A DNA stretch of 59,648 bases, filler included, from Sphacelaria rigidula (taxonomy: Eukaryota), in the NCBI GenBank assembly GCA_964200075.2. It is 9 parts of 9 records of this genome, joined end to end, with 100 filler letters (N's around TTAATTAATTAA, not from the genome) between each part and the next. Parts side by side here need not be neighbours in the genome. Positions count along the whole stretch, not along the records: positions 46,473 to 53,010 come from CAXNAA020019477.1; positions 53,111 to 59,648 come from CAXNAA020019478.1; 7 more parts are not named here. One strand, given 5' to 3'. The notes beneath the pieces are model-generated. The model was not told the origin of the DNA and ran no database searches. It saw only the letters and a program-made list of their open reading frames with translations. The translations under genes were made by a program, and so were the position numbers. Shown here piece after piece: positions 49,746-59,648 of this stretch. Within the stretch, counting starts at the first letter, position 1. Each line of letters begins with the position of its first letter.

Positions 49746-50442
49746 GTATTATCATCACCCCTGTGGTGGGACTACGTCACAACAGGGGCGAATTACGGAT
49801 GACCGTTCACGGTAACTCTGAACGGCTTCACGGGGTTGATAGAGAGAGACAACACAAACACTCGCAGTGGTATATGTACACGGGATCGTCAACACCACTC
49901 GACTTTACGTACACTCCCAGAGAGTACAAAAAAGAGTAGTCACGGCTGCCCGCTCTTTGGAAACCCTTCGGCATGCGACAATCTCGTCGACGGCCTTTAC
50001 GGCTTCCAGTGGCAGCTCATACTCTTTGCTGTGCATGTCGATAACGGTCTGGGGTTTGATGACTACGACACAACAAGCATCAACGCCGATGACGTTCGTC
50101 TTGCTACTTGATTCCCTGAAGGTGCAGATAAACCGCCCCCGCTCGAGCCACCACCTGAGTCTGGGAGTGATCCATCCTGATGATCTGCAGTGCTGCTCAT
50201 GTTTCATGTTTCCACTCAGCGGTACCTAACATTCCGTCAGGTTTCTAAACTAAAAAACTTACCAACATCGATTTTTTATTGGTGTGAAGTGTTGAATGAA
50301 GGAATTGGGTGGGTTGACCGATGGGAGGTACATGTTCAGGTCGTGACGTTATGTTTGGATTCAACTTATATCCATACTTCCCCAAGGTATATACCTGTGC
50401 TCGTACCTGCAATCAGATATATCTACAACGGTATATACTAAC

Positions 50443-50957
50443 CTCGGGTAGGGGTATGGGAGGCTTACAGAGCTCACAGAACTATCGGGTACCGGTACCG
50501 GATGAAAGTCCTACATAAATCACTGAACTTGTCGGGTATGGTATGTGAGGCTTCCAGAAAACCTTACCGGCAATCGGGTATTTCTTCAAGACCATACCCG
50601 CGCTCCGGTTACTGGTAAACATTCTGTACAGAACCCACAGAACAGCCGGGTAAGGGTAGGGGGGGCTTATTGAACTCACACAAACTGTCGGGTAGGGTAT
50701 GGAGGTTTCACAAAAAACCGCACACGCAATTGGGTGTCTTATCAAGAGCGTACCCGTGATCCCCGGTAACGGTACGGGAGGCTTACAGAGCTCACAGAAT
50801 TATCGGGTAAGGATACGGAAGTTTTGCACAGAAATTACAGAGCCGTCGGGTACCGGTATGAAAGTCTTACAAGAGTCACAGAACTGTCGGGTACGGTAAG
50901 AACCCGGGAAAATACCCCGGGTATACAGAAAACCGTACCCGACAGAACCCAATCTTG
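50443..50957. mobile_element. Family C copy, one end truncated
   Basis: Colinear with ~49100-49745 minus the nested MITE; ends ACCGTACCCGACAGAACCCAATCTTG. Confidence 0.8.
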
Positions 50958-51055
50958 GAAGAATCCACCAGCACACGTCATGCGAGCACCAAAAATGTCA
51001 CCTCGGCGCGGTCGGATTAGTTTTGTCCAGTGAGGGGACGCAACGGTGAAGTTTG

Positions 51056-51190
51056 CACACACTGGACAAAAGATTATCTTGTCAAAAAAATGTACTGCGT
51101 ACAGTATGGAATTCATTGTCTGTTGCCATAGGCCCATAGGAGTTATGCACGCAGTACACTTTTTGACTGTATTCTTTTGTCCAGGGTATG
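51056..51190. mobile_element. 135-bp MITE (family B)
   Basis: CACACACTGGACAAAAGA / TCTTTTGTCCAGGGTATG; flanks GAAGTTTG and GGAGTTTG (7/8 TSD match). Confidence 0.85.
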
Positions 51191-52455
51191 GGAGTTTGTT
51201 CAAGTTCCTGCACCCAGCCCAAATCAGCACTTGTGTGCCTGAAGTATATACAAGCAAAAATCGGCACCACCTGCCTATTTTCTAGATACTGAGTCCCGTG
51301 CTGCACTGGGGTACATGTTTATACGGGTTTGAAAAAAACGCCTCGGGCTAATAGTTCTGCGTGAAAGCTGTAAAAACTGAATCATGTGTCGTTCGAAAAG
51401 CAGCACGTCGAAACTCACACTTTTCCGTGGCCAGTCCCAAAATAGTTGAAAAAATTTTGGAGCATGACAAGTGTAGAATTTGAATCCATGTGTGAAGGGT
51501 CGGGTTGGAGTTTTTGGGGCGTCTGTTTCGCAGAGCATGGCGCTCGCAGCTGTATCTACCGAAGGCTCCATCAGCACAATGGCCGCACTCGGAACACCTC
51601 CGCTTTCCGCGCAGATTGCTCCGTCCTCGGCACTGCACTATCTGTACCGACTGTGACACGAACATGTACATGGCAAACAACCCAGCGGGCTCAGCCCCCC
51701 CTGTTTCCATGTAGGCTTTGTATTTTTTATTAAAAAAAACTGTCGTCAACCTCCCCGAGATAGCCAGGTCAACAAAAGACCACCTGCACAACAGGATGCA
51801 AAAAGGGTTACCGGTCATCCGATATGGTGATGTCATTCCGAAAAGAAGCATGGCGTCCGATAGGTTCGGCAACACGTCGCTCAGAAACCAAGGTCGTGCC
51901 TTACCAAATTTATTTTCGATCCAAAAAGTGCGGCGGAAAAGAAAAATCCCTACTGATTAGCCAGGATAGGTCGACATTTATGTCCATATCATTCATCTTG
52001 AAATGACCAGTCAGATCGAGATTTTTGTTTTCCTCTGCACTCGTCAGGTGGAAGAGTAATCTGTGAAGAGAGGCCTTTCCCTAAGCCTTGGTGTCGGAAA
52101 AGAAGAAACAAGAACGGAATTTTCGCCGAAGAAACCGGGCTCAATCGAACGCCGGGCACTGATTTCAGTCACGACTCACTAATACTTCGTGACGAAGTCG
52201 AAAAAGTAACTGCACCATTCAACCCTTTGATCACGGCAAGGAGCTTGCAATGTCCCCGATCTCTAACTGAAGGAGCAACCCGCTTCATACACACGAACCT
52301 CAATACAAACAGTGGTGCAGTGATATACCGCATGTGTACTCGAATGGAAAATGACTACTGCACGGACAGAGAGGATTCAGCATCTCCACGATTGTGGCAC
52401 AAAACCTTGGCCCGATTTTACGACTCTATTGTTAGCGAGCCGCGTCTGTCATGCA

Positions 52456-52706
52456 GTAGTGTTGTCATCCCATGTATTCTGGGCGCCGGTCTACACCTTT
52501 CGGTACATGTGGGCGGACCAGCCGGGGTCACACAGGAGGAAGGTCAACACAGGAGTTTTCCTTTTTTTGTTTTGTTTCGGTACTCCACCTTGCTTCTGCG
52601 GTGCTTGCCTCTTACTTTTATCGCGAGAGTGGTCCAGCAGTCTCTTTCTCTCGTCGACCGTGAAATCGAATTTGGTGTACCCACGACATAGTCTCTCTCC
52701 ACTGTT
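52456..52706 (-). mobile_element. 5'-truncated SINE copy
   Basis: Colinear with 58480-58733 (TCATCCCAT.TATTCTGG..CTACACCTTTCGGTA..GGGGTCACACAGGAG..CACGACATAGTC.CTCTCCACTGTT). Confidence 0.88.
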
Positions 52707-53010
52707 ATCGGTGCGCCTGACCCCCCAAACTGGGCAAAAAAAGTGTCACCGACCAAAATCACGAAAAGACACGAACATATCGACTTTTGGGGCTTATTCA
52801 GGCTCGTCGGCTAAAATATGCCCAATGTCATCGGAAGAGAACGACATGGATCCAAAATTCATATAGAGAACCCTACCGTTACTTCCGTTGTTGTTCCACA
52901 TATGCTGCATGCCACTGCGTAGCTTTTCGTCCATGCTCACGATACGCTGGAATGCCAGGAGGCTAGTTGGGTTGATCCAACCCAACGCACACCGAGAACC
53001 CTCGGGCAAG

Positions 53011-53110
53011 NNNNNNNNNNNNNNNNNNNNNNNNNNNNNNNNNNNNNNNNNNNNTTAATTAATTAANNNNNNNNNNNNNNNNNNNNNNNNNNNNNNNNNN
53101 NNNNNNNNNN
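53011..53110. other. Artificial contig spacer
   Basis: N44-TTAATTAATTAA-N44. Confidence 0.99.
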
Positions 53111-54332
53111 GGCATCCATACGACAGCCGGGATGGAGCACGCCGGGTTTTCGCCGGACCAGGCTCGCAATCAATCACCAAGCGCGAAGCGCCGTGATGTG
53201 TTCGGCGACGTCGCATGAAGGGTGAGCTGGATCCGGCTAAGATTGGTTTTGCCCGAAGCCTATTGATTATCTTGAACTTGGATGGCAGTCTCCAATAAGT
53301 TGCTTCATTTTCTGCTATCGTCACTTCCAGAGACAGCCTCGGCCTACACACATCTCATGGGTGTCTCACCGTATGAGGGGGAGGGGGGGTATACGAATAA
53401 CACAAACGTTTTACAGTCCACACCTCCATTGTTTGTTCATTCAGCGAGGACAACTGAAGTAGCTCTCACAATATTCATAATTATATTTTACGTTTACAAA
53501 AGCTCTCCCAACGTCGTTTCGTCGATGAAATATATATGTATCACCCTCCCCCCCCCCTCACCCGAACCCCAAATGTTGGAGGTGTCTCTGTTAGGCCGGA
53601 TGTTATGGCACACAGATTTTTTGCCCACGGATTGTTCACTTTGCATCACCCCACACAGGGGACCCTAGCCCACTTTTCAGATTTGCTTGGCCAGGAAAAA
53701 AAAAGGAAAAGAAAGAGGGGTTGAACAGAACGACATAGCAGACTAAGTGGTGACAAAAAAAAGTAATAAAAATTAAACACAAGCAAAGCGCAGAAAAAAA
53801 TAGTCTGAATCAGAGAAAATCTTGTCAGCGCTCTATATCATGAATTTGAAACTCCCCACAAATCGCATTATTTCCTCTCAGCGTTCCGAATTTCGCATGT
53901 GTTGTGTGTAGAAAAAAAGAGACACATACGCTGATATATACATGTTTTTGTCAAAGATACAACACCCCCCTCACACCCTTTTTTACGTTTAATCTTTACC
54001 TGCAGCACACCCCAGATGCCTCCGCCTGGTCCGGTGTTCCCGGCCCCTCTGTCGAGGCAAAAGCCGCCCGTCATCTTAGTGCAAAGGCCTGAGCTCTTGT
54101 CGAACACCAGCGATACGCACTCCGGCGCGGCCTCTACCCTCGCCCCTGACGGAGGGTATTCCTGGAATCGAATACAACAACAACAGCAGCAGCAATAACA
54201 ACAGCGTGGAATAGATCAAAGGGCCGTAACGAATAGTAGTGACGGTACTGGAAAGGCGAGATACGTCTGTGGCCACGGGTTCGAGAGATCTGTCTGATGT
54301 GCGGAAACAATAATAATAGTAATTATATATCA

Positions 54333-54395
54333 CTCCTCCTCCCCCTCCTCCTTCTGCTACTACTACTACTACTGCTACTACTACTACTACATACT
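54333..54395. repeat. Compound microsatellite (CTC)n-(TAC)n; other triplet tracts at ~54173-54204, 54619-54661, 55402-55450 and 57801-57882
   Basis: Seen directly. Confidence 0.9.
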
Positions 54396-55499
54396 AGTTA
54401 GTAATGATGGTAATCATAAGAAAAAATATAAAAATTATAGTATCACAATATCATCGCAATAAGAATAAAAATAACATCATGATATCATAATAGTCATAAC
54501 AATGATATTGAACACGAAGAAGACACGTCGACTCTTCGAAAAATATATGATTCAGAGAGGTGAAAAAAAAAAAACAGGAAGAAAAAAAAAAGACGCCGGA
54601 TGGTGGAGGGGAACTCCTGAAGCAGCAGAAGCAGCAGAAGCAGCAGCAGAAGCAGAAGCAGATGGAATCAACGGATATAATTTTTTCCCATATCATTCCG
54701 GAAACCTGCAGACATCGAATTCTTCACACGTCGGAGAGATCATGATCCGTCTGATAATTACTTCTTCTCAGTATACTGATCCGGATCATTTGGCCCCCCT
54801 TTCCCATGTTTACTCCTTACAGCGCCGGACGCCGAGCACGCCGAATAGCGTAAAGCTTGTTTCCGTTTTGGCTTTTCTGACTCAACGATCATATTTATTT
54901 TGTGTTTTTGGACGAAGGGATTCCAGACTCTTCTTTGGTTAAATAATTGTTTCAGACAGATCATGATTTTTCCGAAGTATGGTATTTTTCATGCCCAGCT
55001 GGAGTCTTGTTCAGAGGATATTTTGAGAGTTTCGGAAAACGCGTTCTTCTCACTCCAGAGTGCAGATATCTCAGGATCAGAGAGCAGAGTGAAAAACAGA
55101 TTGCTCTGTTCGTTTGCTTTCATCTTTTTATATTCCTCCCCCTTCAGTTCTTTTTTGCCGTTAGCGAGTGCTTTTGTTTTGTTCACCTTTGGACAACATA
55201 CGTTCATTGGTTATGGCCACGGCTGCACGGGGATCAGTGAATGTGCGACAATACAAAAAATAAGGCAACACACAAAAAAAAAATGCAATATGAAAACACG
55301 AAACGTTGACGCTCCCGAAATATTTATACTTGATTTAAAAAAAAATACAGGAAAAATACAGGAAAAAAGAACACGACTGACGGATGGTGTTCCTGAACTG
55401 ACAACAACAACAACAACAACAACGATGATGATGACGACGACGACGACAACAGCATTCTTATACGAGCTGGGCCAGCCTAGAGGCTGCATGAAAGTTTGC

Positions 55500-55778
55500 A
55501 GGCGGATGCGCCGGGCAATATTTGGAGTTAGACCCTGAGATTCGGTATGGATAATGCGCAGGGCATAATAAAAAATTGGGAAGAAGCACATGAAGGTTTT
55601 TGTTTGTTTTTCGTGAGTTAAGGGCGTTTTGCTGAAACTTGAAAACTGATTATTGCCCTCAACTCACGGGAAAAAAAAAAAAAATCATGTGCTTCTTCCC
55701 GAATTTTTATTATGCTCAATGCATTGTCCATACCAAATTTCAGGGTCCAACTCCAAATATTGCCCGGCGCATTCGCCT
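55500..55778. mobile_element. ~279-bp fold-back MITE with ~125-bp arms
   Basis: AGGCGGATGCGCCGGGCAATATTTGGAGTT..GGGAAGAAGCACATGA..CGTGAGTTAAGGGC versus GCCCTCAACTCACG..TCATGTGCTTCTTCCC..AACTCCAAATATTGCCCGGCGCATTCGCCT; no clear TSD. Confidence 0.88.
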
Positions 55779-56495
55779 TTTAAGAATCGGATCGGTAGAA
55801 AATCGGAACAGTATTTCGTAGGCCACTCACCGGCCAACGTTTGGTTGTTGTGTATTGAAATTTTGTGTGGGCCCTCGTCAGCGCATAATTAACAAAACTC
55901 AGTGGTCCAGATTTTTTTCAAGTCATTTTTCCACTGGTTGAGGGCGTTTTGGTATAGTAAAGACCATCTCTTCATGGTAACGCCCTAACCTCTATGAAAA
56001 AAAAAAATGAAGGCCCATTTTTTTTTTTTTATCCGGCACTCTTTTGTGGTCCTCCATGCTAACTTTTACATCAAAATTCTAGAACTTGAGCTTAGACATT
56101 GAGATAAGGCCTAACAACGATGTACATTTCTATACTAAAATCAATATTAGGTGAGGGTATAGATAACGAATTAGGTGAAGGTGAAGGTATCTGTCGTCTC
56201 CCCTTGCTCCAGAGAATGTCCACACCGAAATTCGTTGTCATCCGCTAAATGCATCGATCTGGGGTTCCATAGAGATTTCAGTATAAGCGCTATCTCCCTT
56301 AGGTATAGGAATTACTAGACATGGGGTTTAATCAACGAGAAAATATGGGCCCAAAATTTTAAGCAAATGGGCACCTTCCTCTGGATTAGACGATTAATAT
56401 GATATGCCGATCACGGCCCAACTCGTCTGTGTCGATGAGATATTGCTTTCAGAGGGTAAATCCGTTTGAAGGCTGACCCAGCTCGTAGTAGTTTG

Positions 56496-56754
56496 CACGG
56501 TTCGGACGAATCATCGTCGGTTCGAATAACCAAATCCACGATTTTTCCGGCCTGATTGCTCGCAAGAGAGAAAAAAAGCCCACCGGTGTTCAAAAAAGTT
56601 CCCACGCAACTTTTGCGCCATTCCGCGTGCCTGGACTGCGCGTACCTGGGTTGCAACGCTGAAAACAAACCCCAAGGATTGATTCGTACGGTAAGAATCA
56701 ATAACACCAAAATCAAGTAATTTCTATACGAATCATCCATTCGTCCGACCCGTG
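56496..56754. mobile_element. MITE family A copy (259 bp)
   Basis: TIR CACGGTTCGGACGAAT / ATTCGTCCGACCCGTG; the body is the reverse complement of 11830-12075. Confidence 0.88.
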
Positions 56755-57146
56755 GTTGTCTTCAAAAAAAAAAACGTGTTTCTCATAACCCACAGGCAGC
56801 GCCCGGGTGTATCCTCGTTACTCCCCTGGACGATAAGTTGATATTTTCAAGGGCAGGTCGGGTGTAGGGTATACCCCATATTTTGGTATTTCGAGAAGTG
56901 GAGATTCAACTCATGCCCACCGCAGCAGCCAGCCCAGTGCTGTTGTCCCCCTCTCTAAAACCCATACAAGTCGCTGTAACTGACTTAGGCACGTGATGTG
57001 CCACTCTTTTGCATACGAAAGTATTGGGTATGCCCTACCGGACCTGCCCTTGGACGCTCTTCTCTTCTGTGACACTTTCAATCCTTCCCTTCACTCTGGA
57101 TCAGTCGGCCGTCTCAAGGCATCGATCAACATGTCTCTGAAAAGTA

Positions 57147-57525
57147 CAAGGTTGTGTTCTGTACAGTACCATGTTTTTAATACCCGTGGTATTTACTCGG
57201 GTATTACCCGCACCGAACAGTTGTGTGGCATCTGTAAGTATCCCGTACAGGTACTCGATAATTCTGTGAGGTATGTAAGCCTCTTGTACGATACCCGATA
57301 TTTCAGTTAGACCTATCCGAAGTGTTTACCCTTAGCCGGGGGTACGGGTACACTCTTGCAGGAATACCCGGTTGCGTGTGAAGAGTTTCTGTACAACCTC
57401 GGCACCATACCCGATGGGTTCTGTACATTCTGAAAGATTTACAAACGGGTACCCGACAGTTCTGTAAGTTCTACATTACATCTCATAACCTACATAAGAT
57501 ACCCTTACCTTACAGAGCACCATGC
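57147..57525. mobile_element. Family C copy in opposite orientation, diverged
   Basis: Starts CAAGGTTGTGTTCTGTA; internal TACCCGACAGTTCTGTAAG units; ends ..TACCTTACAGAGCAC. Confidence 0.7.
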
Positions 57526-57810
57526 CCGTATATTCACTCATCACCTACATGTGCGCCGAAGTGGGGGTCAACTCTACCGGTCACATGTGAAGGACAACAC
57601 TGACCTTCCCATCGAAAAAGAGGGGACCATTATGTGTCCCGGACATCCTAGTAGTCGCCCACACGCGGTTGTTTTGGTATTTGTCCACCTGGTCCCGTGG
57701 TAGAACAGACACAGCAGCCAGCGGAACAGAGGGAATGTTTTTACGCTCATTTTTTTTTGCAATGATGACTATTTTGTTTGTTTTAGTATGTTCTTCTCAT
57801 GATAATAATA

Positions 57811-57849
<39 letters not shown>

Positions 57850-58302
57850 ATAATTATGATGATCATCATCATCATGATCATGACTGTTGTGTTATATCAA
57901 TAGTATAATTGATATTTCTGTCACCTATACCACCGCAAAAAACGTAAAAGTCCGATCAAACGCCGTACAGGAAATATACTAGAAGCTAAAAAAAAGTCCC
58001 GGCGGGCAATCTGTATGACCACCTTGCCACACCCTGGTGTGCCCACACAGTGCAGTAACAGGGAATACGGTGAATGAAATGTAACATGAGACAACAACTA
58101 ACCTCAAACAGATCTACCGTCTACAGTGCTGCTTAAAAAAATCCTCTATCTAGGATACTGAACAACATAAGATATCAAGATCCCAGAAAAAATGATGAAA
58201 GCGTTAATTTCACGTTTTTTAACGGTGAGATCAACGCCGCCTACCTGGGCGAAACAAACCTTCGGCGACATCAGATACTTTTGGCGTAATTACTGTAGCT
58301 TT

Positions 58303-58956
58303 CAAGATTCGCACGGATCATCGCTGGTTCAAGTCACCAAAAATACAATTTTTGAGGCCTGGTCGTTAAAAAAAAAAAAAACATTTCCCGCGGGTCAGAA
58401 AATTCTACGCAATTTTTGCGCTATTCTACGCATCTGGGGTGCGCGTACCTGGGGTGCAGTTTATGTTTGTGTATGTGTGTGTTATCATCCCATCTATTCT
58501 GGCCGGCAGTCTACACCTTTCGGTAGATGTGGACGCATCAGCAGGGGTCACACAGGAGAAAGATCAACACAGGAGTTTTAATTTTTTAATTTTTCGTTTG
58601 TTTCAGCACTCCTCTCTTTCTTGTGCGGTGTTAGCGTAACACTTTATCACAAGAACGGCTCGGGAGTCCCTTTCCCTCGCCAACCGTAAAGTCGAACTCT
58701 GTGTACTCACGACATAGTCACTCTCCACTGTTGGGCATGGTGTGAGAAAAAGTCCTAGATCGTGGAACCTTACCGAGATTCGAACCCACATCTCAACCGT
58801 CAGAGGGTTTCGAGGATATCAACTGAGCCACCGGGGCGACCGGCTCCAATACAACGCTGCTGAACACAAAAAGTCCAAGGATTGATGCATACCGTACCGA
58901 TCAACTACACTAACAAGCAAGCAATTTTAGACGGATCATGACTCGTCCGACCGTTG
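58303..58956. mobile_element. Diverged MITE family A copy split by a SINE
   Basis: The left part ends GCGCGTACCTGGGGTGCA and the right part resumes CAACGCTG..CCAAGGATTGAT..CTCGTCCGACCGTTG; these two parts are contiguous in the 56496 copy. Confidence 0.7.
58460..58844 (-). mobile_element. Full-length (~385 bp) tRNA-derived SINE
   Basis: Minus-strand head GCCGGTCGCCCCGG-TGGCTCAGTTG (Pol III A box, ~58820-58830) and GGTTCGAATCTC (B box, 58775-58786); non-tRNA body; (CA)-rich tail; five copies in the window. Confidence 0.88.
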
Positions 58957-59591
58957 CAAGATAACTTTTTTTACGGAAAGATCAACTCCGCCTGCCTGGG
59001 CAGAAGAATCATGCTGTGACTTCAGGAACGATCCTCAGCGTGGGAGTGGGTGCCCAGCTGCTCGGCGTGCTCGACGTTTGTCGTTTCGGTTTACATGTAG
59101 GTGTAGCCTCCTCAAACACGCCATATTTCTGATGCCGGCTATCGGGGCATCGCCCCAATCAGCGACAACAAGAACAAGACTTGGTAAACTCCGGACAAGA
59201 TATTTTACCCGGCGTTGGGACACTGTCACGGAAAGCACGTTGATGGAGATAGCGGCCGACGCGGGCGCGGAAGGCTGCACCCTCCCCGCGAGACTCAAAC
59301 GCAAGGCGAGTACCATGACAGACGTACCACCAAATGAAAATCGGAACAGAAAAGGCTCGCCCATAAAATGAGAAGACGAGACAGACGAAAAAGGAGAGCA
59401 GAACTCCTCCTATATTTATGTGTCATGTTCTGCCGGTGTATGCCAGAGCAGTTTTGTGCCTAGCTTCATTGTGTTTGTCCATGGCTGAGAGGGTTCATAC
59501 CTCAAAGAGTGCGGTCGTGGTAGATGAGTCGCAATCTTCCAAGGGTCGGACAAATAATGATTCGTCTGAACATTACTTGGTTTTAGTGCAA

Positions 59592-59648
59592 CCGGCCGCC
59601 CCGGTGGCTCAGTTGGTAACCTCGTAACCTTCTGATGGTTGAGTAGGG
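59592..59648 (+). mobile_element. SINE head cut by the window end
   Basis: CCGGCCGCCCCGGTGGCTCAGTTGGTAACCTCG.AACCTTCTGA.GGTTGAG matches the 58844 head. Confidence 0.82.

Noticed and set aside
48990..50957. ~40-bp recurring units as a CRISPR-like array
   Set aside because: They are degenerate tandem units inside TIR-bounded dispersed copies, with no repeat-spacer alternation.
58770..58844. tRNA gene
   Set aside because: A and B boxes are present, but I see no convincing cloverleaf and the head is attached to a repeated body and (CA) tail, so it is a SINE head.
59035..59371. Overlapping ORFs on both strands as a gene
   Set aside because: No recognisable motif and no supportable splice model; an isolated exon cannot be excluded.

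Overview
This window is eukaryotic and is not one locus. It consists of nine size-sorted contigs (six of 6539 bp, three of 6538 bp) joined by an artificial 100-bp spacer (N44-TTAATTAATTAA-N44). Contig spans: 1-6539, 6640-13178, 13279-19817, 19918-26456, 26557-33095, 33196-39734, 39835-46372, 46473-53010, 53111-59648. Intron-rich GT-AG genes, RCC1-type repeats and the repeat landscape suggest a stramenopile, probably a brown alga (inference). Partial spliced genes reconstructed by hand with phase-consistent junctions: the N-terminal part of VPS13, the C-terminal part of importin-4, an RCC1-repeat protein, and a STELLO/DUF288-like domain fused to a GT31 glycosyltransferase domain. The most interesting locus is contig 4, where an intron-containing Cys-rich Sola-like (DUF7869-type) transposase gene sits head-to-head with an intron-containing ParB/Srx-fold gene; this may be a two-gene DNA transposon with ParB cargo. 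The rest is mobile DNA: two decayed Ty3/Gypsy copies (WVDD RT motif), a tRNA-derived SINE (5 copies), a piggyBac-type MITE, two 8-bp-TSD TIR families (one with an empty-site homolog inside the window), fold-back elements and several nested insertions. All family assignments come from motif recognition by eye; no searches were run.
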